In this document: in pieces, positions 30,172 to 39,310 of the stretch
Position numbering within the stretch: the stretch's first letter is position 1
Layout: the number at the start of each line of letters is the position of its first letter
Assembly: GCA_965243205.1 (NCBI GenBank)
Contig: CBDEUK010000002.1
Location: 2,240,001-2,304,000, forward strand
Direction: 5' to 3'
Origin: Gammaproteobacteria bacterium
Lineage (GTDB): Bacteria; Pseudomonadota; Gammaproteobacteria; Eutrophobiales; Eutrophobiaceae
Length of the DNA stretch: 64,000 nucleotides
Program-made: the position numbers and the translations under genes
Notes under the pieces: generated by a model
The model's database searches: none
What the model was told of the DNA's origin: nothing
Seen by the model: only the letters and a program-made list of their open reading frames with translations

Positions 30172-30867
30172 ATGTATAAGTCATTGATTTTACAGTCAGC
30201 TGTACTCACAGCTGCATTTGCCTTTAGTGCTTCAAGCTACGCAGCAACTGCATTCGAAGACCCATCAACAGCATCTTGGGGTGGTTGGACACGTGGTGAT
30301 ATAGGCACTGTCTATGCTCGTTGGGATGTGTTTGAGGGTGGTGGTTCATTTTCTAGCGACCATACACCAGATGTCGGTAATTTAGGTGCTGCTGTTTCAG
30401 GGTTAGTTGCAAATAATAGTGGCGCATTAGTTACTGGTACGAATAATATTTATTCGTTTTCTGATACTCCAGATTTCACATCGTATGTTCAACCAACCGT
30501 TCCATTATCAGGCCCAGTGACAGCTGCATTACAGATTTCTGTTACTGGTGTTGATGTTGATCAGTCGTCTGTAACAGCCATGGTTGGTGGTAGCCCAACT
30601 GCATATGATAGTGTAACCACTTTATTTTCTGGACAAGTAGATTCGAGTTTTGGAACTGTAGATGCTTGGGAATATTTATTTGTTTGGACTTTACCTAATC
30701 CAGAATCATTTTATCAGTTTGATTGGAATGCATTAGCTGTTCATTCATCTTTAACTGAAGTGTCCATTGATATAGGCCCTGCAGCTACAGCGGTTCCTAT
30801 TCCAGGAGCTGCTTTGCTATTTGGTTCAGCTTTGATGGGTATGGTCGGTGTCCGTAGAAGAAATTAA
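30172..30867 (+). CDS. PEP-CTERM/VPLPA-CTERM sorted surface protein
   Basis: Signal peptide; C-terminal VPIPGAALLFGSALMGMVGVRRRN. Confidence 0.85.
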   Translation: MYKSLILQSAVLTAAFAFSASSYAATAFEDPSTASWGGWTRGDIGTVYARWDVFEGGGSFSSDHTPDVGNLGAAVSGLVANNSGALVTGTNNIYSFSDTPDFTSYVQPTVPLSGPVTAALQISVTGVDVDQSSVTAMVGGSPTAYDSVTTLFSGQVDSSFGTVDAWEYLFVWTLPNPESFYQFDWNALAVHSSLTEVSIDIGPAATAVPIPGAALLFGSALMGMVGVRRRN

Positions 30868-30891
30868 TTGAATAGATTATTCTGTTAATAT

Positions 30892-30921
30892 AAAAAACCC
30901 GTATTTAGTTACGGGTTTTTT
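30892..30921. terminator. bidirectional intrinsic terminator
   Basis: AAAAAACCCGTA-tttagt-TACGGGTTTTTT. Confidence 0.85.
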
Positions 30922-30922
30922 A

Positions 30923-33343
30923 TTAGAAGTTATATTCCAAAGACAGTCTTAGTCCTCGGCCTGCTGCAGGCACTCCAGTCACTCCACCAAAACCCATTGT
31001 TGAATATTGTTTATTTGTAATATTGTCGAAGGTTAACCCTAAGAATAAATTATCATTAGGATACCAATTAAAAAATAAACCATGTGTCGTGTAACCTCCT
31101 TCCCGAACTTTGGTGATACAACTGGGTATTGAAAAAAATCCAGCTCCTGCACAACCTGGAATCGATGTATTATTTTCACCTGCCGCAATTCGAGTTCCAT
31201 TGATGCGTAGACGATAACCAAATTCCATAAAGTGAAGAGGAATTTTTTTCCCCAAGCTTAAACTTAGGCTATCACCAGGAACGTTAAATAATTCTGATTC
31301 ACCCTGGTCTTCAACTCCTATAGCTTGCACACTTGGATTAGAATTATTTTCGAAATAGTTGAAAGAAACATGACCGTCAAGCAATGAAATAGCTAATGCA
31401 CTAAACCAAGTATCACTGTCATAATTTAATTCGTATTCCCAGCCATATCTTTCTTCTATTCCTGGTTGGCTTATTTCACCAGTTACACTGTTTTGATAGA
31501 TCGATTCGATTAAGTTTTCAGTATTAATAAAAAAGAAAGTCATCTTGGTACGTAGCGAATCAGATTTTGAAAACAGATTTTGTTTTTCGAAAGATAAACC
31601 AATTTCATGAGTATAGGTTTTTTCTGGTTCATAAAAATCACCACAAGATGCACGAGTATCTCTAAAAGGATTTGCTTCCCATGCAATAAGATCTAAAGGA
31701 GTTGCTGGAGGAATTACGGGTCTAGGTACAAAGGTGGAAAAAGTTCGGCAGCGGCTGGTTGCGCCTAGCGTGTAATATTCATCAATCAATGGCGCTCTAA
31801 ATGAGGTGCCAAAATTATAAAATAATAGTAACGGCCCGCCGTTTGGTTTAAAGCTTAAGCCCGTACCAAAATTAAACATGTCGAAACCGTTTTTCTTAGA
31901 ACGGTTTTGTAATTCCAATGCTTCTTCAGTAGCACCACCAGCTGAAACGGAATAATCATCATAACGTACCCCACCATTCCAACTCCAATTATTCCAACTC
32001 AGTTCGGTATCTACATAAGCTCCATAGCTTTGTTTTTCGCCAGGTGGTTGCGCCTCATTGAATCCGACTGTTCCATTTGGAGCAATACGTAAATATTCTC
32101 GACGTTCACGACTGCTTTGAATACCGATATCAACTATGCCTAGTAATTGGCCTTTGGAAAATTCAGAACGATTTTTTAAATCAAGGTTTAAAATTTTATA
32201 TTCAACTTGATCAGTTCCACCACCATTAGCAAAACTGCTTTCTTCATCAATGACTGCTTGGTCATTGTAAGCAATAGTGGCATCTATATTTAACCATAAC
32301 GGTTTGGGATCCCAATTTAGATTCAAGGTAGGCGAACGAGTTGTACGAGTCCTTCTGACTAAACCTCCGATACCAGAATTACCTGTAATATCGAATGGCT
32401 CTAAGACGGATTCATTTGAATATCGATAGCCAATATCAATATCAAAATCGATTCCAAAGATACCAATTTTACTAAGGCTGCTTAATTGTTTGGTTTGAGA
32501 GTTTTCAAGTCTGGAGCCGTCTGGAAGGGTAATATCATTACTAGAGTTTTTGATGATGTTAAACAAAAAGTCTGTATGTTTTAAGGGTTGAGCGTAAGCT
32601 GTAAAGCCACCTTTCCTGAGATTATCATTTGTGTTGTAACCTGTTTTTAATTCCAAACCATATTGTTGTTGAGGTTGTAATAAATCACGGGCGTTTTTCG
32701 TTTCCATTAATATCGAACCTCCAACTGTTCCAGAACCTCCTGAACGTACACTATTTCCACGGACAACTTCGATTTGTTTTAATAGGTCTGGTTCTATATC
32801 AACCCCAGAACCATAACGATAGCGTTCGAAGTTTTGCCTTGCCCCATCAATAGTTACTAAGATATCTTCGTTATCTGAAAAACCACGTATGTTAAAACCC
32901 TGGCCATTAGTTCTGGTTCCGCCAACAGTTGTGACTCCAGCAACATCTTGAACAAGTTCCATCACATTTATTGGGTTGCGACGTTTAATTTCCTCCAATG
33001 AGATTGTAGTAGATGAGTTATTAGGATCGATATCAAAAGATGGAGCAACTTCTTCGACACCAAGTACTTCAATGTCATCTAAATTTTCAGTGTTTTGATT
33101 AGTTTCAATTGTTGAAATAGATTCAATTTCCTCTTCTGGTTCTATTATTTCTAGAGCAGGTCCAACTTCTATTATGGACTCTTCAAGTACCTCTTCTGGT
33201 TCAGTAATAATTTCATCTTCTTCTAATGGCGCAATCTCATATCCATCAAAATCGATACCTAACGGTTCATCATTTTCTTGTGCACTGACTAATTCACAAG
33301 CAACTGAAAATAACAAAGATAAGACTAGGAGGTATTTTTCCAC
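30923..33343 (-). CDS. TonB-dependent receptor, heme/hemoglobin receptor-like
   Basis: FNIRGF..DGARQNF and LLKQIEVVRG plug motifs, FRAP motif, terminal YNF; strong Fur box upstream. Confidence 0.85.
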   Translation of the reverse strand: MEKYLLVLSLLFSVACELVSAQENDEPLGIDFDGYEIAPLEEDEIITEPEEVLEESIIEVGPALEIIEPEEEIESISTIETNQNTENLDDIEVLGVEEVAPSFDIDPNNSSTTISLEEIKRRNPINVMELVQDVAGVTTVGGTRTNGQGFNIRGFSDNEDILVTIDGARQNFERYRYGSGVDIEPDLLKQIEVVRGNSVRSGGSGTVGGSILMETKNARDLLQPQQQYGLELKTGYNTNDNLRKGGFTAYAQPLKHTDFLFNIIKNSSNDITLPDGSRLENSQTKQLSSLSKIGIFGIDFDIDIGYRYSNESVLEPFDITGNSGIGGLVRRTRTTRSPTLNLNWDPKPLWLNIDATIAYNDQAVIDEESSFANGGGTDQVEYKILNLDLKNRSEFSKGQLLGIVDIGIQSSRERREYLRIAPNGTVGFNEAQPPGEKQSYGAYVDTELSWNNWSWNGGVRYDDYSVSAGGATEEALELQNRSKKNGFDMFNFGTGLSFKPNGGPLLLFYNFGTSFRAPLIDEYYTLGATSRCRTFSTFVPRPVIPPATPLDLIAWEANPFRDTRASCGDFYEPEKTYTHEIGLSFEKQNLFSKSDSLRTKMTFFFINTENLIESIYQNSVTGEISQPGIEERYGWEYELNYDSDTWFSALAISLLDGHVSFNYFENNSNPSVQAIGVEDQGESELFNVPGDSLSLSLGKKIPLHFMEFGYRLRINGTRIAAGENNTSIPGCAGAGFFSIPSCITKVREGGYTTHGLFFNWYPNDNLFLGLTFDNITNKQYSTMGFGGVTGVPAAGRGLRLSLEYNF

Positions 33344-33381
33344 AAATTATTAGCTACAAAGTTTAGTTATTAAGATCAATT

Positions 33382-33411
33382 ATTGTAATGATAATCATTA
33401 TCAATTACAAT
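33382..33411. promoter_or_regulatory. Fur box inside symmetric divergent sigma70 promoters
   Basis: TGTAATGATAATCATTATC (17/19 to the Fur consensus); TTGTAA-N17-TACAAT on both strands. Confidence 0.85.
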
Positions 33412-33417
33412 TAGATC

Positions 33418-33545
33418 AGTGGTTTTATTAGCTAATAAACTGAAATAAAAGGACTTTTATAGACTACTTCAGAATGAATTGATTATTCTTCGCGCCTGAT
33501 GAATATATCGTTCGTTTTGGAGGACGGCCCTTCGGGGCCGTTTTT
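33418..33545 (+). ncRNA. candidate Fur-repressed small RNA (RyhB/PrrF functional analogue)
   Basis: Plus-strand promoter under the Fur box, then ~128 nt without a credible ORF, ending in ACGGCCC-TTCG-GGGCCGT-TTTT with a U tract on the plus strand only. Confidence 0.6.
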
Positions 33546-33593
33546 CATTTCACTGAAAGGAAACTCCTAAACCAATCAATTTTATCGATAGGC

Positions 33594-34490
33594 TTATCGA
33601 GCACCTTGTAAACCACCTGAATGATAGGCGATGATAGTTTGGCCTGCCTGAAAATAATTCTTTTGAACCAAATTAAATAACCCGAAGAATAATTTGCCTG
33701 TGTAAACTGGTTCGATCGGAATGTTTGTTTGGCTTGTGAAATGTTTTATGAATGTAACTAATTCAGGATTGCTTTTTGCGAATCCACCAAAATGATAATC
33801 ATTGAATATTTCAAAGTTTGAATAAGTTTCTGAAGTGAATTGTTTAATTTCAGTTTCAATAAACCCAGTATTTTTTAAAGCGGAAATTCCGATAAGTTTC
33901 TTATTAGGTGGTATGCGTTTTGATAAACCCGCTAGTGTTGTTCCAGTTCCACAGGCGGTAGCAATGAAATCATAATTTAGAGTGATTTCTTCAAGTAGTT
34001 CATTTATTCCGAGCAATGCTTCTGATGTTGCTCCTCCTTCTGGAATCCAGTAACCAGAGTATTCAGTATTATTAAGTGAGTTATAGTTTTTTAGTGATCG
34101 CAATTCACGAAATTGACTACGTTCAATAAATACACACTTCATACCCCAGTGTTTTAAATCATTAATCGTTGGGTTATCGTTTTCTTCGCCACGAATAAAT
34201 GCTGTGCACTTTATATTTAACTTGTGACAAACGAATGCTAAAGCATGAAGATGATTTGAATAAGCTCCGCCCATGCTTACGAGATGATCAAGTCCCAGTT
34301 CTAAAGCATGATGAATAATGTATTTAAGTTTACGCCATTTATTACCTGAAATTATAGGATGTAATAAATCATCACGTTTAACGAATAAGGTAATCTCTTT
34401 TTGATTTAAAACAGGGTGGTGTATTTGTTCAAGCTTTGTCTTTGAATAATCAATTCCTAACGTGTTTTCTATTTTCTTGAGGGCATCCAT
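33594..34490 (-). CDS. ACC deaminase/D-cysteine desulfhydrase family PLP enzyme
   Basis: KRDDL..ISGNKWRKL, GGAYSNH, EPVYTGK and HSGGLQG motifs. Confidence 0.9.
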   Translation of the reverse strand: MDALKKIENTLGIDYSKTKLEQIHHPVLNQKEITLFVKRDDLLHPIISGNKWRKLKYIIHHALELGLDHLVSMGGAYSNHLHALAFVCHKLNIKCTAFIRGEENDNPTINDLKHWGMKCVFIERSQFRELRSLKNYNSLNNTEYSGYWIPEGGATSEALLGINELLEEITLNYDFIATACGTGTTLAGLSKRIPPNKKLIGISALKNTGFIETEIKQFTSETYSNFEIFNDYHFGGFAKSNPELVTFIKHFTSQTNIPIEPVYTGKLFFGLFNLVQKNYFQAGQTIIAYHSGGLQGAR

Positions 34491-35044
34491 TACATGCCTT
34501 TCACTGCGTATATCCCATCTCCATTACGTAGATAATCTTTATAATCCATTCCATAACCGAATACATATCGATCAGGCACGACTAAACCAGTGAAGTCAGC
34601 TTTTTCAATACCACTTTCACGTTGAGTTTCTTTATCAACTAACACAGCCGAAAAAACTTCACTGGCTTGATGATCTTTACACTCATCAATGATGCAAGAA
34701 AGCGTAATACCTTTATCTAAAATATCATCTATGACTAAAACAGCGCGGTCTTTTAAATCAATATGTGGACTTCGTAGCCATGTAATTTCTCTACCGACAG
34801 TATCGCCTGCGTAACGTGTGGCATGAACATAGTCGAGTTGTAATGGAAAATTAAGGCGTGGTAACAACATGCCAGTTGGCACAATACCGCCAGTCATAAT
34901 GCAAAGTAATACAGGGTTTTTTGTGGCTAGTTTATCAGTGATTTCAAGCGCCATTTTATCCAATGATTGTTCAACTTCTTGTCTGCTAAACAGTAAATCG
35001 GCTTCACTTAAAACGTTTTCAACTTCTTGGGTAGAGACAGTCAT
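34490..35044 (-). CDS. hpt: hypoxanthine-guanine phosphoribosyltransferase
   Basis: VLVIDDILDKGITL and YVFGYGMDY motifs. Confidence 0.92.
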   Translation of the reverse strand: MTVSTQEVENVLSEADLLFSRQEVEQSLDKMALEITDKLATKNPVLLCIMTGGIVPTGMLLPRLNFPLQLDYVHATRYAGDTVGREITWLRSPHIDLKDRAVLVIDDILDKGITLSCIIDECKDHQASEVFSAVLVDKETQRESGIEKADFTGLVVPDRYVFGYGMDYKDYLRNGDGIYAVKGM

Positions 35045-35190
35045 GAGAGTTTGAATTTTATGTAGTCATTAATAATGGCATTTAGTCTATATAAGTATTG
35101 AATTAATAAAAGCAGAATCTGTCTAGGACTATAATAATTGTTAATTATTATAATCAGAGTTAATATTTCCGGCCGGTCAAAAATCGCCCC

Positions 35191-35472
35191 ATGAAACTTC
35201 GACAAAATTATTTTACGTTACTCGTATTATTGATACTCGTACTTTGTCGAGTAGGAGCGGTTGCGCACGCCGTTGAACATACATTTGAAGATCATGACGA
35301 TTATTGTGAAGTCTGTTCTTTAGCCGAACACAACTCCGATGGTCTGGTTTCAGCATTCCACGATGTCGTCCCATATGAAGTTACAGAATCATCCCATTTT
35401 TATCAGTCTCTTCGACTAGCTACTCAACTAATTTGGGATGGCTTATCTCGAGCACCCCCCGTTATTTTCTAA
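35191..35472 (+). CDS. DUF2946-like leader protein with CxxC and a C-terminal RAPP motif
   Basis: Hydrophobic N-terminus, HAVEH..HDDYCEVC, ends SRAPPVIF; directly upstream of a TonB receptor. Confidence 0.8.
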   Translation: MKLRQNYFTLLVLLILVLCRVGAVAHAVEHTFEDHDDYCEVCSLAEHNSDGLVSAFHDVVPYEVTESSHFYQSLRLATQLIWDGLSRAPPVIF

Positions 35473-35549
35473 ATACATTTGTACAATTTTTCTTTGACGT
35501 TGGTTTTTAGTACTGACGTTGTTTTGTATTGTTTTTTAGGGGAATTTTC

Positions 35550-37526
35550 ATGAATAAATTATTCATATTATGTGCATCAATAGCATTACCCAGTTTGGTA
35601 ATGGCAGATGATGTCAGAGAAGTAGATGATGTGGTGGTGACAGCACGACCAATTAGCTCGCAAAGTTTAGAGCATATAACCCAACCTGTTAAAGTTTTAA
35701 AAGGCGAGGAATTAGAACGTAAACAGACAATAACGATTGGTGAAACATTGGCGAATGAGTTGGGTGTTACCAGTTCGGATTTTGGTCAAGGCGCGAGTCG
35801 ACCCATTATTCGTGGTTTGGGTGGTCCGAGATTACGAATTTTACAAAATGGTTTAGGCAGTATGGATGTGTCGTCAATCAGTGTGGATCATAATGTATCT
35901 ATTAATCCGTTTCAGGCTGAGCAGATAGAAATTGTACGTGGACCTGCCAGTTTACTCTATGGCAATGGAAACAGTGCTGGTGTGGTGAATGTAGTTTCGA
36001 ATCGCATTCCAGATAAAATACTACCGTTTAAGGCTAAATTTCATGCAGGTTATCAATCAGCTCTGGATGCTGGAACAGGTGCATTTTCAGTTGAGGGTTC
36101 ACCACATGACAATTTAGCATTTCATATAGATGGTTTACATTTTGAGTCGGAAAATTACGACGCTGAACAGGGTGAGATCTTAAATTCAGAAATTGACACT
36201 CAGGATGTCAATCTCGGAGGTTCCTTTATCGGTAGTCGAGGTTCTATAGGATTATCTTACGGACGCTATCAATCAGAGTATGGCTTAACATTTAATCCTG
36301 AAGAGCCAGATGAATTAGTCTTCATCGATTTACTACAAGATCGTTTTGATTTAGCTGGTGAATTGAAAAATCCTTTACCCGGTTTTTCTCAAGCAAATAT
36401 ACGTGTCGGCTATAACGATTACACTCACACTGAATTTGAAGGCCCTGGCGAACCTGGAACAGTGTTTAATAATGAAGAATGGGAGACGCGATTAGAGATG
36501 GCGCATAACCCTATTGGTGTTTTCAATGGTGTGGTGGGCTTGCAATTCATTGACCGGGATTTTGAAGCCGTTGGTGATGAGGCCTTTGTACCTGCTGTAG
36601 AATTATATTCAATTGGTGGGTTTATCTTTGAAGAAACGGATTGGAATGATTGGCATTTCGAGTTTGGAGCGAGATTGGAACATCAATCAGCTGATCCAGT
36701 TGGTTCAGCCACACTTAATGAAGTTGATCATGATACATATTCTATCTCTTTCGGCACTCATTGGGATTTTCGACCTGGATATCATTTAGCGTTGAATACT
36801 TCACGTTCGCAACGCGCACCATCATTGGAGGAATTATTTGCTGGGGGACCACACTTGGCAACAGAAACCTTTGAAGAGGGAGATGTTAATTTAGATGAAG
36901 AAACATCGAATAATATCGATCTTTCTTTAGCTAATACTGATGGAAATATTACCTGGACAGCAAATCTATTTTTAAACTACATTGAAGATTTTATTTTCTT
37001 ACAATCTTTAGATGAAAATAATGATGGTGAGGCCGATGAGGTTGATGACGAAAGAACCCTCGGTGCGGGAGATCTATTATTAGTAAATTACCAACAACAG
37101 GACGCTATCTTTTATGGTTTCGAGTTCGAGACCAACATTGGTTTGTATCAAGGTAATTATGGAAATCTAAGTTCAAGATTATTCACAGATTATGTTCGAG
37201 GTGAATTTACAGATGGTGGAAATATCCCCCGTATTTCTCCTCCGCGTGTTGGTCTAGGTTTTCAATGGACAAAACAAAAATGGTCATCGAATTTGGATTT
37301 TATTCATGTGTTTGAACAAGATGATGTTGCTGCTCTAGAAACAGATACGGATGGTTATGTATTATTAAATGCCTATGTGCAATACGATGTGCATAAAAAC
37401 GGTAGTGTCTATTTTAGAACCACGAACTTATTAGATGAAGATGCCAGACGTCATACATCATTTATAAAAGAAAGAGCGCCATTACCTGGGCAGTCGTTTG
37501 ACGTGGGTGTAAATCTGCGCTTTTAG
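35550..37526 (+). CDS. TonB-dependent receptor, ZnuD-like
   Basis: GASRPIIRGL, SVDH, DYTHTE, GPHLAT, RRHTSFIK motifs; terminal Phe. Confidence 0.85.
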   Translation: MNKLFILCASIALPSLVMADDVREVDDVVVTARPISSQSLEHITQPVKVLKGEELERKQTITIGETLANELGVTSSDFGQGASRPIIRGLGGPRLRILQNGLGSMDVSSISVDHNVSINPFQAEQIEIVRGPASLLYGNGNSAGVVNVVSNRIPDKILPFKAKFHAGYQSALDAGTGAFSVEGSPHDNLAFHIDGLHFESENYDAEQGEILNSEIDTQDVNLGGSFIGSRGSIGLSYGRYQSEYGLTFNPEEPDELVFIDLLQDRFDLAGELKNPLPGFSQANIRVGYNDYTHTEFEGPGEPGTVFNNEEWETRLEMAHNPIGVFNGVVGLQFIDRDFEAVGDEAFVPAVELYSIGGFIFEETDWNDWHFEFGARLEHQSADPVGSATLNEVDHDTYSISFGTHWDFRPGYHLALNTSRSQRAPSLEELFAGGPHLATETFEEGDVNLDEETSNNIDLSLANTDGNITWTANLFLNYIEDFIFLQSLDENNDGEADEVDDERTLGAGDLLLVNYQQQDAIFYGFEFETNIGLYQGNYGNLSSRLFTDYVRGEFTDGGNIPRISPPRVGLGFQWTKQKWSSNLDFIHVFEQDDVAALETDTDGYVLLNAYVQYDVHKNGSVYFRTTNLLDEDARRHTSFIKERAPLPGQSFDVGVNLRF

Positions 37527-37567
37527 TCAAATCATGCTGTTCAATTAGAGTTTGACTCGTCATAATG

Positions 37568-37596
37568 AAAGGCCTGACAGTGATCAGGCCTTTTTT
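37568..37596 (+). terminator. intrinsic terminator after the TonB receptor
   Basis: AAAGGCCTGA-cagtga-TCAGGCCTTT followed by a T tract. Confidence 0.75.
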
Positions 37597-37601
37597 ATTT
37601 T

Positions 37602-38252
37602 ATGACGACTTTTTCTAACGCAACATTATCTGCAAATAATCTTAAAGCCATTCGCGGTTTAAGAACTTTATTCGAAAATATAAGTTTTGAGCTGAATTCT
37701 GGGACTGCACTTCGAATCGAAGGCGCAAACGGTGCTGGTAAAACAACCTTACTGAGAATGATTACTGGTTTAGGTTTTATAGCTGAAGGACAAGTGCTAT
37801 GGGATCAACGATCGATTAATAAAGTTCGTAGTGAATATAATCAATCATTACATTATTTGGGTCATCAACTCGGACTAAAGCATGCATTGACGGCGAATGA
37901 AAATTTATTATTTATGCAGTCTTTTCTTGGATTAACTCCTGATCAAGGTTTAATTAATGATGCACTCGATTTTTTTGAAATAAAAAATAAACAACATATA
38001 CCATGTCACGCTTTGTCAGCTGGACAAAAACAACGTGTTGCCTTAGCCAAGTTAAAACTTATTCCAAAACCATTGTGGGTTTTGGACGAACCCTTAACTT
38101 CGCTTGATAAAGATATTGTGGTGAAGTTAGTTTCATTGATGCAAAATCATTTAAACTCAAATGGTTTGATCATTTTTACATCGCATCAAGAGTTACGCGA
38201 ACAGTCGTTTGATTATCAAAGTTTAATGCTTAATAAACAGGTGAACGCATGA
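37602..38252 (+). CDS. ccmA: cytochrome c biogenesis ABC ATPase CcmA
   Basis: GANGAGKTTLLR, LSAGQKQRVALA, WVLDEP and TSHQ motifs. Confidence 0.95.
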   Translation: MTTFSNATLSANNLKAIRGLRTLFENISFELNSGTALRIEGANGAGKTTLLRMITGLGFIAEGQVLWDQRSINKVRSEYNQSLHYLGHQLGLKHALTANENLLFMQSFLGLTPDQGLINDALDFFEIKNKQHIPCHALSAGQKQRVALAKLKLIPKPLWVLDEPLTSLDKDIVVKLVSLMQNHLNSNGLIIFTSHQELREQSFDYQSLMLNKQVNA

Positions 38253-38914
38253 GTGTTTATTGGGCAATCATTAAACGTGATTTGATGCTCGCAATGCGTT
38301 CATTAAATCAAGTATTGAATCCATTACTATTTTTTGTAATGACGATTTCTTTATTTCCATTAGGAATTGGTCCGGAAAAAGTGACATTACAATTAATTGC
38401 TCCAGGTATCATTTGGATAGCTGCCTTATTAGCAACATTACTCACATTAGATGCTGTATTCCGTACTGATTATGAGGACGGTAGTTTGGATGTAATGTTA
38501 CTTAACCAAGAACCATTAGCGGCAATCGTACTATCAAAAGTATTCGCGCATTGGTTGTTAACAGGATTACCTCTGATCATTATTAGCCCTATTACTTGTT
38601 ACTTACTCTACATGGATTGGTCGAGTACCCAGCTTTTGATGCTAACATTACTGATAGGCACACCGATTTTAAGTTTAATTGGTAGTATCCATATGGCACT
38701 CACGGTCGGTTTGGGGCGTGGTAATTTATTGCTTACGATTTTAACGATTCCATTTTATGTTCCTGTTTTGATTTTCTCTACAATGATCATTGATTTAGCC
38801 AAAAATGATTTGCCAATATTCGGTCATCTGCAGTTAATGATAGCTATGTTATTGTTGACTCTTGCCTTAGCACCTTTGGCAACAGCAATGGCCTTGCGTA
38901 TCAGTACTGAATAA
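38249..38914 (+). CDS. ccmB: heme exporter protein CcmB
   Basis: LFPLGIGP, DYEDGSL and K..AHWL.TGLP motifs. Confidence 0.95.
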   Translation: MSVYWAIIKRDLMLAMRSLNQVLNPLLFFVMTISLFPLGIGPEKVTLQLIAPGIIWIAALLATLLTLDAVFRTDYEDGSLDVMLLNQEPLAAIVLSKVFAHWLLTGLPLIIISPITCYLLYMDWSSTQLLMLTLLIGTPILSLIGSIHMALTVGLGRGNLLLTILTIPFYVPVLIFSTMIIDLAKNDLPIFGHLQLMIAMLLLTLALAPLATAMALRISTE

Positions 38915-39085
38915 TCCTATTTCAATCTAAAGTTTTAACTTAAGGCCTCAAACGTCGTCGATTGATGACGCCTGAGACAGTTTTCCAAATACTACAAATC
39001 AATAAGTGATTGAAATATTTGGGTATTAAATTTGGCACAAAACATGTGACAGTTTAGATGTCTTGGAAATAAATGAGGGTATGCG

Positions 39086-39220
39086 ATGAAACGGAATATA
39101 TCGTTAAATGAGTCAGAACCAGTCGATAAGAATAGTATTGGTCGTGCTCGTAATATTCTAATATTGATAATTGGTTCTATGTTGGTAATTTCTTCAGGAA
39201 TTATCGAAATAATTTTATAG
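39086..39220 (+). CDS. putative 44-aa small membrane protein
   Basis: GAGG RBS, ATG...TAG, hydrophobic C-terminal half (NILILIIGSMLVISSGIIEIIL), followed by a terminator. Confidence 0.45.
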   Translation: MKRNISLNESEPVDKNSIGRARNILILIIGSMLVISSGIIEIIL

Positions 39221-39258
39221 TTTTCTTTAACTCTGTATTTGATTGCTTAATACCAAAT

Positions 39259-39285
39259 AAAAAAGGCCGGTGTAAACCGGCCTTT
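39259..39285. terminator. intrinsic terminator, mainly for the cupredoxin gene
   Basis: AAAAAAGGCCGG-tgtaaa-CCGGCCTTT. Confidence 0.8.
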
Positions 39286-39310
39286 GTCGTCTTTCTAAGT
39301 AGAAAACGAA

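Noticed and set aside
33496-33545. Hammerhead ribozyme (CTGATGA core)
   Set aside because: No stem II followed by GAAA and no stem III/UH arrangement.
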